Below are positions 14,824 through 22,879 of a DNA stretch of 32,000 bases, in pieces; within the stretch, counting starts at the first letter, position 1; each line of letters starts with the position of its first letter. The notes below the pieces were generated by a model. The model saw only the letters and a program-made list of their open reading frames with translations, searched no databases and was not told the DNA's origin. The stretch comes from Erysipelotrichaceae bacterium. GTDB lineage: Bacteria > Bacillota_I > Bacilli_A > Erysipelotrichales > Erysipelotrichaceae. Where the stretch lies: NCBI GenBank assembly GCA_963676105.1, contig OY781039.1:690001-722000 (forward strand). The letters run 5' to 3'. Position numbers and translations under genes: made by a program.

Positions 14824-16059
14824 TTAGATAACGAAGTTTCCATCAACAAAGACTTGAACTTCAGTTCCATCTTGTTGTGTTCCAACAATCGTCATATCTT
14901 TGGTTCCAAACATAAAGTCTTCATGTTCCATTGAGTTATTAGAACCTGCTTTATCAAGTTCTTCTTGGCTCATTTCATGTCCACCTTTAATATTCATTGG
15001 ATAAGCACGTCCTAAAGCTAAATGGCAAGATGCATTTTCATCAAAGAGTGTATTCATAAAGAGAATCCCTGAGTTTGAAATAGGAGAATCATAATTTACT
15101 AAAGCTACCTCGCCTAAGTAAGATGAACCTTCATCAAATTCAATTAAACTCTTAAGAGTATCTAATCCTTCTTTGGCATCATATTCAACGACTTTGCCAT
15201 CCACAAACTTCAAGTAGAAATCTTTAATCAAGACACCATTATAGTTAAGTGGTTTAGACGCATAAACAATTCCATTAACCCCTGTTTTTAAAGGCATAGA
15301 GAAGTTTTCTTCAGTTGGCATATTGGCATTAAAGATAACCCCTTTTGTGCTTTCTTCGTTTCCACCTGCCCAAATATGATCTTTAACAAGTTCAACCACT
15401 AAATCAGTACCTAAACCAGATGTAAAGTGTAGAGATTTAAAGTTGAAGTCATTTAGAACTTTATTGTTGTGTTGTAGACGTTTTGTATGTGTGTCCCATT
15501 CAGCAACTGGATCATTATCTTCTTCGACACGTACAGCACTTAAGATTGCATTCCATAAGGATTCAACGGCTTCAGTTTCACTTTGTTCAGGGAAGACTTT
15601 TAAAGCCCAAGTAGGTGTTGGAACAGAGATAACGCACCATTGAGTACGATTACCCATGGTATGTTCACGCCACATTTTTAATGCTTTATTTTGGGCAATT
15701 GCGGCAGCTTGAAGCTTTTCAGGATCAATATCCGCCAAAAGACCAGGTGTTGTCGCATGAACGGCGATTAAAGCATAGCCTTTTTCAATGTAGTACTCAT
15801 ACTCTTTAACAAGATACTCAGGTACTTCAGTCAACTGTTCTTTTGTTTTATATTTATAACTTGAGTGTGATGTGATTTCATCATTCCATCGAACTCTAAC
15901 ATCACTTGCGCCAGCCTCATAAGCTTCATCAACGATGAGACGGACAAATTCTCTGACTTCTGTATTTGCGCTAATCATTAAAGGTTGACCCTTTTGTAGA
16001 TTAACACCACTTAACACAGAGAGTTTTGCATATTTTTCTAATCTTTTAATACTAGGCAT
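14824..16059 (-). CDS. M29-family aminopeptidase (AmpS/PepS-like)
   Basis: The N-terminus ...LEKYAKLSVLSGVNLQKGQPLMISANTEVREFVRLIVDEAYEAGASDVRVRWND and the overall length (~411 aa) are typical of thermophilic-metalloprotease M29 aminopeptidases. ATG at 16059 chosen; the ORF-track start at 16065 is a GTG two codons upstream. Confidence 0.8.
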   Translation of the reverse strand: MPSIKRLEKYAKLSVLSGVNLQKGQPLMISANTEVREFVRLIVDEAYEAGASDVRVRWNDEITSHSSYKYKTKEQLTEVPEYLVKEYEYYIEKGYALIAVHATTPGLLADIDPEKLQAAAIAQNKALKMWREHTMGNRTQWCVISVPTPTWALKVFPEQSETEAVESLWNAILSAVRVEEDNDPVAEWDTHTKRLQHNNKVLNDFNFKSLHFTSGLGTDLVVELVKDHIWAGGNEESTKGVIFNANMPTEENFSMPLKTGVNGIVYASKPLNYNGVLIKDFYLKFVDGKVVEYDAKEGLDTLKSLIEFDEGSSYLGEVALVNYDSPISNSGILFMNTLFDENASCHLALGRAYPMNIKGGHEMSQEELDKAGSNNSMEHEDFMFGTKDMTIVGTQQDGTEVQVFVDGNFVI

Positions 16060-16082
16060 ATTCACTACTTCTTTCTTTAAAC

Positions 16083-16979
16083 TTAATGACCATGTGATAT
16101 TGGAAGCATCGCTGCCCCAACAATTCCAGGTTCAGATAATTGAGCACGCTTAATCACCGGATTACGCATACCGACATGAACTAAACTATTATAGTAGTTT
16201 GTCATTTTATCAAAATAATAATCTTTAGACTTACTTACACCACCACCGATGACAAAGACATGAGGATCGACCACATGTGCAACGGCCGATAATAATGAAG
16301 CAAAGTTAAAAGCCATATTGTCAATAATTTGACTTGCTTCTTCATCCCCTTCATTCGCTCGATCAAAGATTGATTTAGCCGATGTAATGCCAGCGTCTAA
16401 TTTGCTTTGTGCTTCTTTAACTAAGGCAGTACCTGAGAATAAATTCTCTGCAGCACCAACATTAAGATGGTTAATCTTTTCACCCTCACGAGTTAAAATG
16501 ATGTTTCCAACTTCACCCGCATAACCTGAGCGACCTGAAACAAGTTTTCCATCAACCACTAAAGCTCCACCAACGCCAGTTGAATGGGTAACATAGTAAA
16601 CAATTGGTTCACCTTTACCTGCTCCAACAAGCGCTTCGGCTAAGCCTGCGACATTCGCATCATTATCAACATAAGTTGGTAAGTTAAATTCAGCTTCAAT
16701 CTCTTTGGCCATTGGGTATTCTTCAAAGCCTGGAAGATTTGTCGCCATCGTCATAACACCACGACGTGTATCTACAGGACCTGGTACCCCAATACCAATG
16801 CCTACTACATCAGTCATATCAATCTTTTTAATTAGATTTTTAAGATTATCCATGACTTTTTTTGTACCCTCTAAAGCGTACGATTCAGAACTTTCTATTT
16901 GTAGAATGTCCCCATTTTCACTGACTTTGGCAACACGTACATTCGTGCCCCCTAAATCAATGCCAATAACTGCTTTCAT
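16083..16979 (-). CDS. ROK-family sugar kinase (probable glucokinase), cysteine-free variant
   Basis: 298 aa with the ATP-binding motif GIDLGGTNVRVA, DNDANVAGLAE, and GYAGEVGN in place of the ROK GxAGE.GH. AAGGAGA SD. Positioned in an operon with pfkA and pyk. Confidence 0.75.
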   Translation of the reverse strand: MKAVIGIDLGGTNVRVAKVSENGDILQIESSESYALEGTKKVMDNLKNLIKKIDMTDVVGIGIGVPGPVDTRRGVMTMATNLPGFEEYPMAKEIEAEFNLPTYVDNDANVAGLAEALVGAGKGEPIVYYVTHSTGVGGALVVDGKLVSGRSGYAGEVGNIILTREGEKINHLNVGAAENLFSGTALVKEAQSKLDAGITSAKSIFDRANEGDEEASQIIDNMAFNFASLLSAVAHVVDPHVFVIGGGVSKSKDYYFDKMTNYYNSLVHVGMRNPVIKRAQLSEPGIVGAAMLPISHGH

Positions 16980-16990
16980 ATGATGTCTCC

Positions 16991-18415
16991 TTATTTGATC
17001 TCAACGATCTTCATCATATTAGCGGTGCCCTCACCTGTCGGATATCCAGCTGTAATAATGACATAATCACCCGTGACTAAACCACGATCACGTGCAATAA
17101 TCATTGCGAGTTCATCGTCATTAGTCATTTCATTTTGGACATCAGATAAAATTGGAATTACACCCCAATATGTTTCAAGTTTACGTTGAACAGACTTCGT
17201 AAATGTTACCGCAAAAATAGGCACACTTGGTCTGAACTTAGAGATACGACGCGCTGTAGATCCACCTTGTGTAAAAGCCACAATTGCCTTAACTTTTTCA
17301 AGTTGTAAAGCAGTATCGGCAACAGATATACCAATCGCATCTTGGATTGTATGACGTGATGTTTTGATAGACATCCCTAAACGATCACGGTAAGGAATAA
17401 TATCTTCCATGGTTAAAGCAATTGTGTTCATGGTTGAAACAGCTTCAATTGGATATAATCCTGCTGCTGTTTCACCAGATAACATAATCGCATCTGAACC
17501 ATCTAATACGGCATTGGCAACGTCATTTGCTTCAGCACGTGTTGGACGAGGATTACCCATCATACTTTCTAGCATATGAGTCGCAGTAATAACTGGTTTA
17601 CCCAATTCATTAGCACGTTTAATAATTGATTTTTGATAAATAGGCACTAAAGCTGTTGAAACTTCAACCCCTAAATCACCACGCGCAACCATTACACCAT
17701 CAGCCACTTCTAAAATGGAATCAAGATTGTCATAGCCTTCTTGGTTTTCAATTTTCGCAATAATTTGGATTTTAGCTTTATTCTCTGAAACTAAGATTTT
17801 ACGGATATCTAAAACATCTTTTGCACGACGTACAAAGGAAGCTGCAATATAGTCAACATCTTTTTGACAACCAAAACGAATGTCTTTTTCATCTTTTTCA
17901 GAAACGAAAGGCATCGATAATTTAACGTTAGGTACGTTAACACCTTTACGAGATTTAATCCATCCTGGATTTTCAATACGACAAGTTAATTCACCTTTTT
18001 TAACTTCTAAGATAGTGAGTTTCATTTTCCCATCATCAATTAGAAGATAGTCATCAACTTGAACATCATCAAAAAGTTCAGGAACAATTACTTGGAAGCG
18101 TTCTTTATTTCCTTCTACTTCTTTTGAGACAACTTTAACGATGTCCCCTTTTGCGAATTCAACACCACCATTTTCCATCACACCACAACGGATTTCTGGA
18201 CCTTTGGTATCTAATAAAATGGCTAAGTTATAACCTGATACTTCAGACACTTGTCTAACGGTATCCATACGAGCACCCTGTTCAGCATGATCACCATGCG
18301 AGAAGTTTAAACGGGTGATATTCATCCCTGCTTCTGCCAACTTTTGAATCATTTCAGCTGATTCACTTGAAGGACCTAATGTACATATAATTTTTGTTTT
18401 ACGAATTTTATTCAT
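16991..18415 (-). CDS. pyk: Pyruvate kinase
   Basis: 474 aa with TKIICTLGP, NFSHGDH, DTKGPEIR, MVARGDLGVE and MLSGETA motifs. Confidence 0.95.
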   Translation of the reverse strand: MNKIRKTKIICTLGPSSESAEMIQKLAEAGMNITRLNFSHGDHAEQGARMDTVRQVSEVSGYNLAILLDTKGPEIRCGVMENGGVEFAKGDIVKVVSKEVEGNKERFQVIVPELFDDVQVDDYLLIDDGKMKLTILEVKKGELTCRIENPGWIKSRKGVNVPNVKLSMPFVSEKDEKDIRFGCQKDVDYIAASFVRRAKDVLDIRKILVSENKAKIQIIAKIENQEGYDNLDSILEVADGVMVARGDLGVEVSTALVPIYQKSIIKRANELGKPVITATHMLESMMGNPRPTRAEANDVANAVLDGSDAIMLSGETAAGLYPIEAVSTMNTIALTMEDIIPYRDRLGMSIKTSRHTIQDAIGISVADTALQLEKVKAIVAFTQGGSTARRISKFRPSVPIFAVTFTKSVQRKLETYWGVIPILSDVQNEMTNDDELAMIIARDRGLVTGDYVIITAGYPTGEGTANMMKIVEIK

Positions 18416-18423
18416 TTTATCTC

Positions 18424-19386
18424 CTAAATTAAGCGAATCTGCATATCAAAGAATTCGCGTTTTGATGCCTTTGGCATGGCTAATGCTTCTACAATTGGGA
18501 AAGAAACAATCTTGTTTTCCTTTATCCCTACACAGTGCCCACCAACACCACTAGCGATTAATTCAACAGCTTTATCACCCATACGAGTCGCAAGTACTCG
18601 ATCAAATGCAGTCGGTGATCCACCTCTTTGAATGTGACCTAGAACCGTTGCGCGCCCTGAGAATGAGGTCGCATTAGAAATCTTTTTAGCTAAGAGTTCT
18701 ACATCTGTGATTTTTTCACTGATGACCACAATCGCATGTTTCTTCTTACGATTATCATCTAAATAATGTAAACGCTCTAACATCGCTTCTTCATCATAGC
18801 CTGTTTCTGGTGTAACCACAATTTCAGCGCCACAAGAAATCGCTGAGAACAAAGCTAAATCACCACAGTGATTCCCCATAACTTCGACCACAGAACATCT
18901 GTGATGCGATGAGGATGTATCTCTAAGTTTATCAATATTTTGAATAACAGTGTTTAAAGCTGTATCAAAACCAATTGTGTACTCAGTACTAGTAATATCA
19001 TTATCAATTGTACCGGGTAGTCCAATACAGTTGATTCCCATATCAGTTAATGCTTGAGCCCCTTTATAGGTCCCATCACCACCAATCACAACAACGGCTT
19101 CAATACCATGTTCTTTTAAATTTTCAACCGCTTTATTTCGAACTTCTTCTAATCTAAATTCGGGTAAACGAGCAGAACCTAAAATCGTTCCACCTCTAAA
19201 TATTATGTCACTAACACTTTTGGTTGTCATCGGATATATATTTCCTTCAACCATTCCTTTATATCCATCTTCGATGGCCATGACTTCTATACCTTTTGCG
19301 ATGGCTGATCTTACAACAGCCCGTATCGCGGCATTCATGCCAGGTGCATCACCACCAGATGTGAGTACGCCTATACGTTTTACCAT
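18424..19386 (-). CDS. pfkA: ATP-dependent 6-phosphofructokinase
   Basis: 320 aa with IGVLTSGGDAPGMNAAIR, IGGDGTYKGA, GTIDNDI and VLGHIQRGG motifs. GGAGG SD. Confidence 0.95.
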   Translation of the reverse strand: MVKRIGVLTSGGDAPGMNAAIRAVVRSAIAKGIEVMAIEDGYKGMVEGNIYPMTTKSVSDIIFRGGTILGSARLPEFRLEEVRNKAVENLKEHGIEAVVVIGGDGTYKGAQALTDMGINCIGLPGTIDNDITSTEYTIGFDTALNTVIQNIDKLRDTSSSHHRCSVVEVMGNHCGDLALFSAISCGAEIVVTPETGYDEEAMLERLHYLDDNRKKKHAIVVISEKITDVELLAKKISNATSFSGRATVLGHIQRGGSPTAFDRVLATRMGDKAVELIASGVGGHCVGIKENKIVSFPIVEALAMPKASKREFFDMQIRLI

Positions 19387-19411
19387 TTGTTACGCCTCCA
19401 AACCACTTTAC

Positions 19412-19420
19412 ATTCTAGCA
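19412..19420 (-). promoter_or_regulatory. Extended -10 promoter (TGCTAGAAT) for the pfkA-pyk-ROK-aminopeptidase operon
   Basis: Minus strand aaTGcTAGAATgtaaagtggtttGGAGGcgtaacaaATG, just downstream of the dnaI terminator. Confidence 0.45.
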
Positions 19421-19444
19421 TTAAAATCAAAAAGTTTTATAAAA

Positions 19445-19466
19445 AAAGGGTGAAATTTACCCTCTT
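19445..19466 (-). terminator. Rho-independent terminator overlapping the dnaI stop codon
   Basis: Minus strand AGAGGGT-AAATTTC-ACCCTTT followed by a T-run. The TAA stop (19459-19457) lies across the stem-loop junction of the hairpin. Confidence 0.55.
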
Positions 19467-20368
19467 CTGTTAAGTCCTTCTATGGACAAGCTTTGTGAAA
19501 GCGTTTGAATTCGCTCTATCATACGCATTGACTTAATTTGTTCATCATCTGCTTTGTGATTAAAGCGATAATGGTTTGCTAAAGCAGTCATTGAATGATT
19601 AGACGTGAAAAGTGTTAAAGCTTTATTTTCCATACGTGCATTTAAGATTGGAAATAAGACTTCATCTCTAAAATAAGAGGTATAAGTTTCAGCTCCAATA
19701 TCATCAAAAACCACACAATATGCCTTCTTTAAAAGATGCATATATTGTTCTTTTTCAGGCCCTTCATAATAACTATTTGGAAACTTAGACGCTAAAGTGG
19801 GCACATGCACACAAGCAACCTTCTTGTTTTTTAAGGCGAAGTAATTGGCAATCGCCATTGCTAAATGAGTTTTACCAGTGCCTGGTGCCCCGTAGAAATA
19901 GAAACCTTTATCTGTTGGTGCTTTAAACCAATCAATGACAGCTTTTAATGAAACCTTATAATTGGTATTACTCTTTTGATCAAATAACGATTCAACACGT
20001 GCTTCTAAAAATGATTCATCACACTCTAAAATTGAGTATTGTTTCTTATGAGCACGTAATCGATCTTGTTTAGCTTGATAAGCACAAGCTTGATACTCAC
20101 GTGAAAAAAGTGGTTCAGTTTGTATTCCTAAGACAAAACCTTGATGATCTTGTTTACAGGCATGTAAACCAGGACAGTTATCACACTTAGCTTTTTCAAG
20201 TGCATAATCCGCTAACATTTGAGCTTTTCTTTCAATCACAGATTCATCTAAGTGATGTTCACGCAAAAAAGATTGAACAATTTTGTTCTTCTTCAAATCA
20301 TTAATCAACACTTGTCTTTCTTTTTCTTGTGTTTCGCTAAGTTTAAAATCAAATTTTACTTCTTGCAT
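19457..20368 (-). CDS. dnaI: Primosomal helicase loader DnaI
   Basis: 303 aa with an N-terminal Cys/His cluster (KCDNCPGLHAC), AAA+ Walker A GAPGTGKTHL and Walker B CVVFDDIG. Located directly after a dnaB-like gene, as in Bacillus. Confidence 0.8.
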   Translation of the reverse strand: MQEVKFDFKLSETQEKERQVLINDLKKNKIVQSFLREHHLDESVIERKAQMLADYALEKAKCDNCPGLHACKQDHQGFVLGIQTEPLFSREYQACAYQAKQDRLRAHKKQYSILECDESFLEARVESLFDQKSNTNYKVSLKAVIDWFKAPTDKGFYFYGAPGTGKTHLAMAIANYFALKNKKVACVHVPTLASKFPNSYYEGPEKEQYMHLLKKAYCVVFDDIGAETYTSYFRDEVLFPILNARMENKALTLFTSNHSMTALANHYRFNHKADDEQIKSMRMIERIQTLSQSLSIEGLNRRG

Positions 20369-20369
20369 A

Positions 20370-21503
20370 TTACTTTATATCTTTTAAGGCTTTTTCTAAG
20401 GCAATAAGTTCTGCCTCACTTAGATCTTTCTTTTGACTTACGTAATCAGTCTTTACTTCTACTCGACGTCCTTTAGATGTTTGCTCTGATACTTTCTTTA
20501 AAGCTTCTTCTTTTGTGTGAACATTTAGGACGGCCCATTGAATGGCCGTTTCTTCTAAGACCTTTGTATTTATTTTAGAGCGATATTGTTTAAAATGCGA
20601 CTCTAATAGAACATTTAGCACTTCTGGTTTTAAACCATCTTTACTAACTAACTTCACTAATAGGTATTTTTCTAAAGAAGTTGGCGCAATGCCCTTACGT
20701 AATCGTTTAAGAAATATAGCGGGCGGATACTCATAAGGGTCATCCTTTTCTTCACTGTCTTCAACATCCACTTTAGCTGCAAATTTACGCAATTTATCAA
20801 CATTTAAAATGTCATCATTTTTTGCGCTTGCCTTACCAACGAGTTGAATCATTTGTTGTACTGATAAGCCATAAACGGCTCCAATTTCTGCAATTTGAGA
20901 TAAAGCGAGCTCTGTTCGTTTATGATTTGGAAAAATTAAAGGACTACATTGATTTAAAAATCCAATTAAATCGAAGGCAAGTGTCTTTGTCTCGTGTTTT
21001 GGTTTATGTTCTTGATTAAAGTCTTTTTCATCTTCTGCTGACCAGGATGTTATTTTTTGACGTGCATCTAAAGACTGATAATCCTGATAACCTTCATCAG
21101 ATAAGTGATGTTCTGATTCAAGTTTTAGTTTTTCAAAACTTTCAGATCCAATTTTCTTTAAAAGTTGTCGACCTAAAACATCATGTGTACATAGCGCTTT
21201 TAAACTTAAAGGTGTTTTAAATTGGATTCGATAATCTTTTTGTTTTTTGTTGGATACCTTAATTTCTAAAAGTTCTACATGGTACAAATCATCAATCGCA
21301 TTATTGACCTGAGCTAAGTTTAAATTTGTCATAAGACATAGATCTTTAAAACTCATATTTGTCTGATTGGAAGTTTTCAAAACTTGATAAAGATAGCTTG
21401 CTTCAGGTCCAATCAATATTGCATATGAGCGTAAAAAAGCACTTGAAACGGGTTCAAGTGATGTTTTGATTAAAGATAATGTGTCTTGTTCATTTATTTT
21501 CAT
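20370..21503 (-). CDS. dnaB: Probable replication initiation/membrane attachment protein (Firmicute DnaB/DnaD-like)
   Basis: 377-aa ORF. The assignment rests mainly on position (between coaE and dnaI, 1 nt from the dnaI start) and a helical, DnaD-like composition. I could verify no strong motif by eye. Confidence 0.45.
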   Translation of the reverse strand: MKINEQDTLSLIKTSLEPVSSAFLRSYAILIGPEASYLYQVLKTSNQTNMSFKDLCLMTNLNLAQVNNAIDDLYHVELLEIKVSNKKQKDYRIQFKTPLSLKALCTHDVLGRQLLKKIGSESFEKLKLESEHHLSDEGYQDYQSLDARQKITSWSAEDEKDFNQEHKPKHETKTLAFDLIGFLNQCSPLIFPNHKRTELALSQIAEIGAVYGLSVQQMIQLVGKASAKNDDILNVDKLRKFAAKVDVEDSEEKDDPYEYPPAIFLKRLRKGIAPTSLEKYLLVKLVSKDGLKPEVLNVLLESHFKQYRSKINTKVLEETAIQWAVLNVHTKEEALKKVSEQTSKGRRVEVKTDYVSQKKDLSEAELIALEKALKDIK

Positions 21504-22071
21504 CGTTTAATTGGTGTAAGTATTGTATCACTTTTTCTTTGAGTTCTTCCTTGCTTGAGTTGTTTTCAATCACAGTTGTTGATAAAGCCATCTTTTCTTC
21601 AATGGACATTTGATGTGCCCAGCGCGCTTCTATTTCTTCGTCACTTAAGCCACGACTCTCTTTTAATCGCTTTCTGGCATGACTATGGTCACAGACAATG
21701 CATAGACTATGATCAAAGTAAGATTGACCACTTGTTTCAAATAAAAGTGGCACTTCTGAAAAGCACAAATCATAGTTTTTTCCTTCATCGTGAAGTTTTT
21801 GATAAACCAGTGGATGAATAAGGGCCTCTAATAATTCTTTTTCGCGCTCATTGTTGAAAATCCTAAAAGAAATATATTTTCGATCTATTTCATTCATGCA
21901 AGTTAAAGCATGTTCTCCAAAAAGAGTGACCATTTTCTGCTTAATGTCATCTGTCTTATATAGATCAGATACAATTTGATCTGCACTTAAAACAGCCACA
22001 TTTAAATCTTTTAAAATTTGAATTACTTCACTTTTTCCTGATCCCATGGACCCGGTAATGGCGACGTGCAT
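21490..22071 (-). CDS. coaE: Dephospho-CoA kinase
   Basis: 193 aa. The P-loop ITGSMGSGKSEV is at the extreme N-terminus, which forces the start at 22071. The CoaE-like pattern FSEVPLLFE is also present. Confidence 0.88.
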   Translation of the reverse strand: MHVAITGSMGSGKSEVIQILKDLNVAVLSADQIVSDLYKTDDIKQKMVTLFGEHALTCMNEIDRKYISFRIFNNEREKELLEALIHPLVYQKLHDEGKNYDLCFSEVPLLFETSGQSYFDHSLCIVCDHSHARKRLKESRGLSDEEIEARWAHQMSIEEKMALSTTVIENNSSKEELKEKVIQYLHQLNDENK

Positions 22072-22879
22072 GTTGACTCACTTTCTGACACTTTGGACAA
22101 TAGACACTAGAGCGTCCATTTACGACAACTTTTTCTAATTCACTTTCACAGACTTTGCAGTTTTGATGTGCTCTTGAATATACTTGAAGATGTTGTTGAA
22201 ATAAACCATTAATTTCATGTGTAACCGCAAAGGATTTAATTGTGGTACCACCATCCTCTAAGGCTAAGTTTAATATTTTACGAATTGAGATGATCAGTTG
22301 ATTAAATTCAGATAAACTCACACGCTTCGCTGATTTAAGCGGTGAGAGTTTCGCATCAAACAAGCTTTCATCTGAGTATATATTACCAATTCCCGCGATC
22401 ACACTTTGATCTAAGATAAAGGTCTTGACTGGAATTGTTCGATTTTTTGCTTGTGCTTTTAAATAAGCAGCCGTTAGATTTTCATCAAAGGGTTCTAGAC
22501 CGAGTTTATCTTTGAAGTAATCGTCTAGATTTTTTGTATAATCAATTCTTCCAAACTTTCGAGTATCATTGTAATCTAGTCTAAATTCCTTAAAGAAAAA
22601 GGATGCATGTGTATGCTTATCAAGTGGATGAGATAATTCTTCGACAAAGAATTTCCCTTCCATTCTTAAATGAATAATACAATAGCCTTCATTTAAGACA
22701 AAAATAATATATTTACCCCGTCTTTTAATATCTGTAATCACTTTCGATTTTAATACTTTATTTAAATCTTTGTGATACGCAATTGGAGGATAATAAACAT
22801 CTATTTTTTCAATCACTTGCGAAATCAGTTTTTCCTTTAAGTGATTGATAATCGTTTGAACCTCAGGTAGTTCAGGCAT
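22028..22879 (-). CDS. mutM: Formamidopyrimidine-DNA glycosylase (Fpg/MutM)
   Basis: 283 aa with the N-terminal MPELPEV catalytic motif, an H2TH region and a C-terminal zinc finger CKVC-x16-CPKC. The shared A with the polA stop gives TAATG. Confidence 0.9.
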   Translation of the reverse strand: MPELPEVQTIINHLKEKLISQVIEKIDVYYPPIAYHKDLNKVLKSKVITDIKRRGKYIIFVLNEGYCIIHLRMEGKFFVEELSHPLDKHTHASFFFKEFRLDYNDTRKFGRIDYTKNLDDYFKDKLGLEPFDENLTAAYLKAQAKNRTIPVKTFILDQSVIAGIGNIYSDESLFDAKLSPLKSAKRVSLSEFNQLIISIRKILNLALEDGGTTIKSFAVTHEINGLFQQHLQVYSRAHQNCKVCESELEKVVVNGRSSVYCPKCQKVSQHARRHYRVHGIRKK

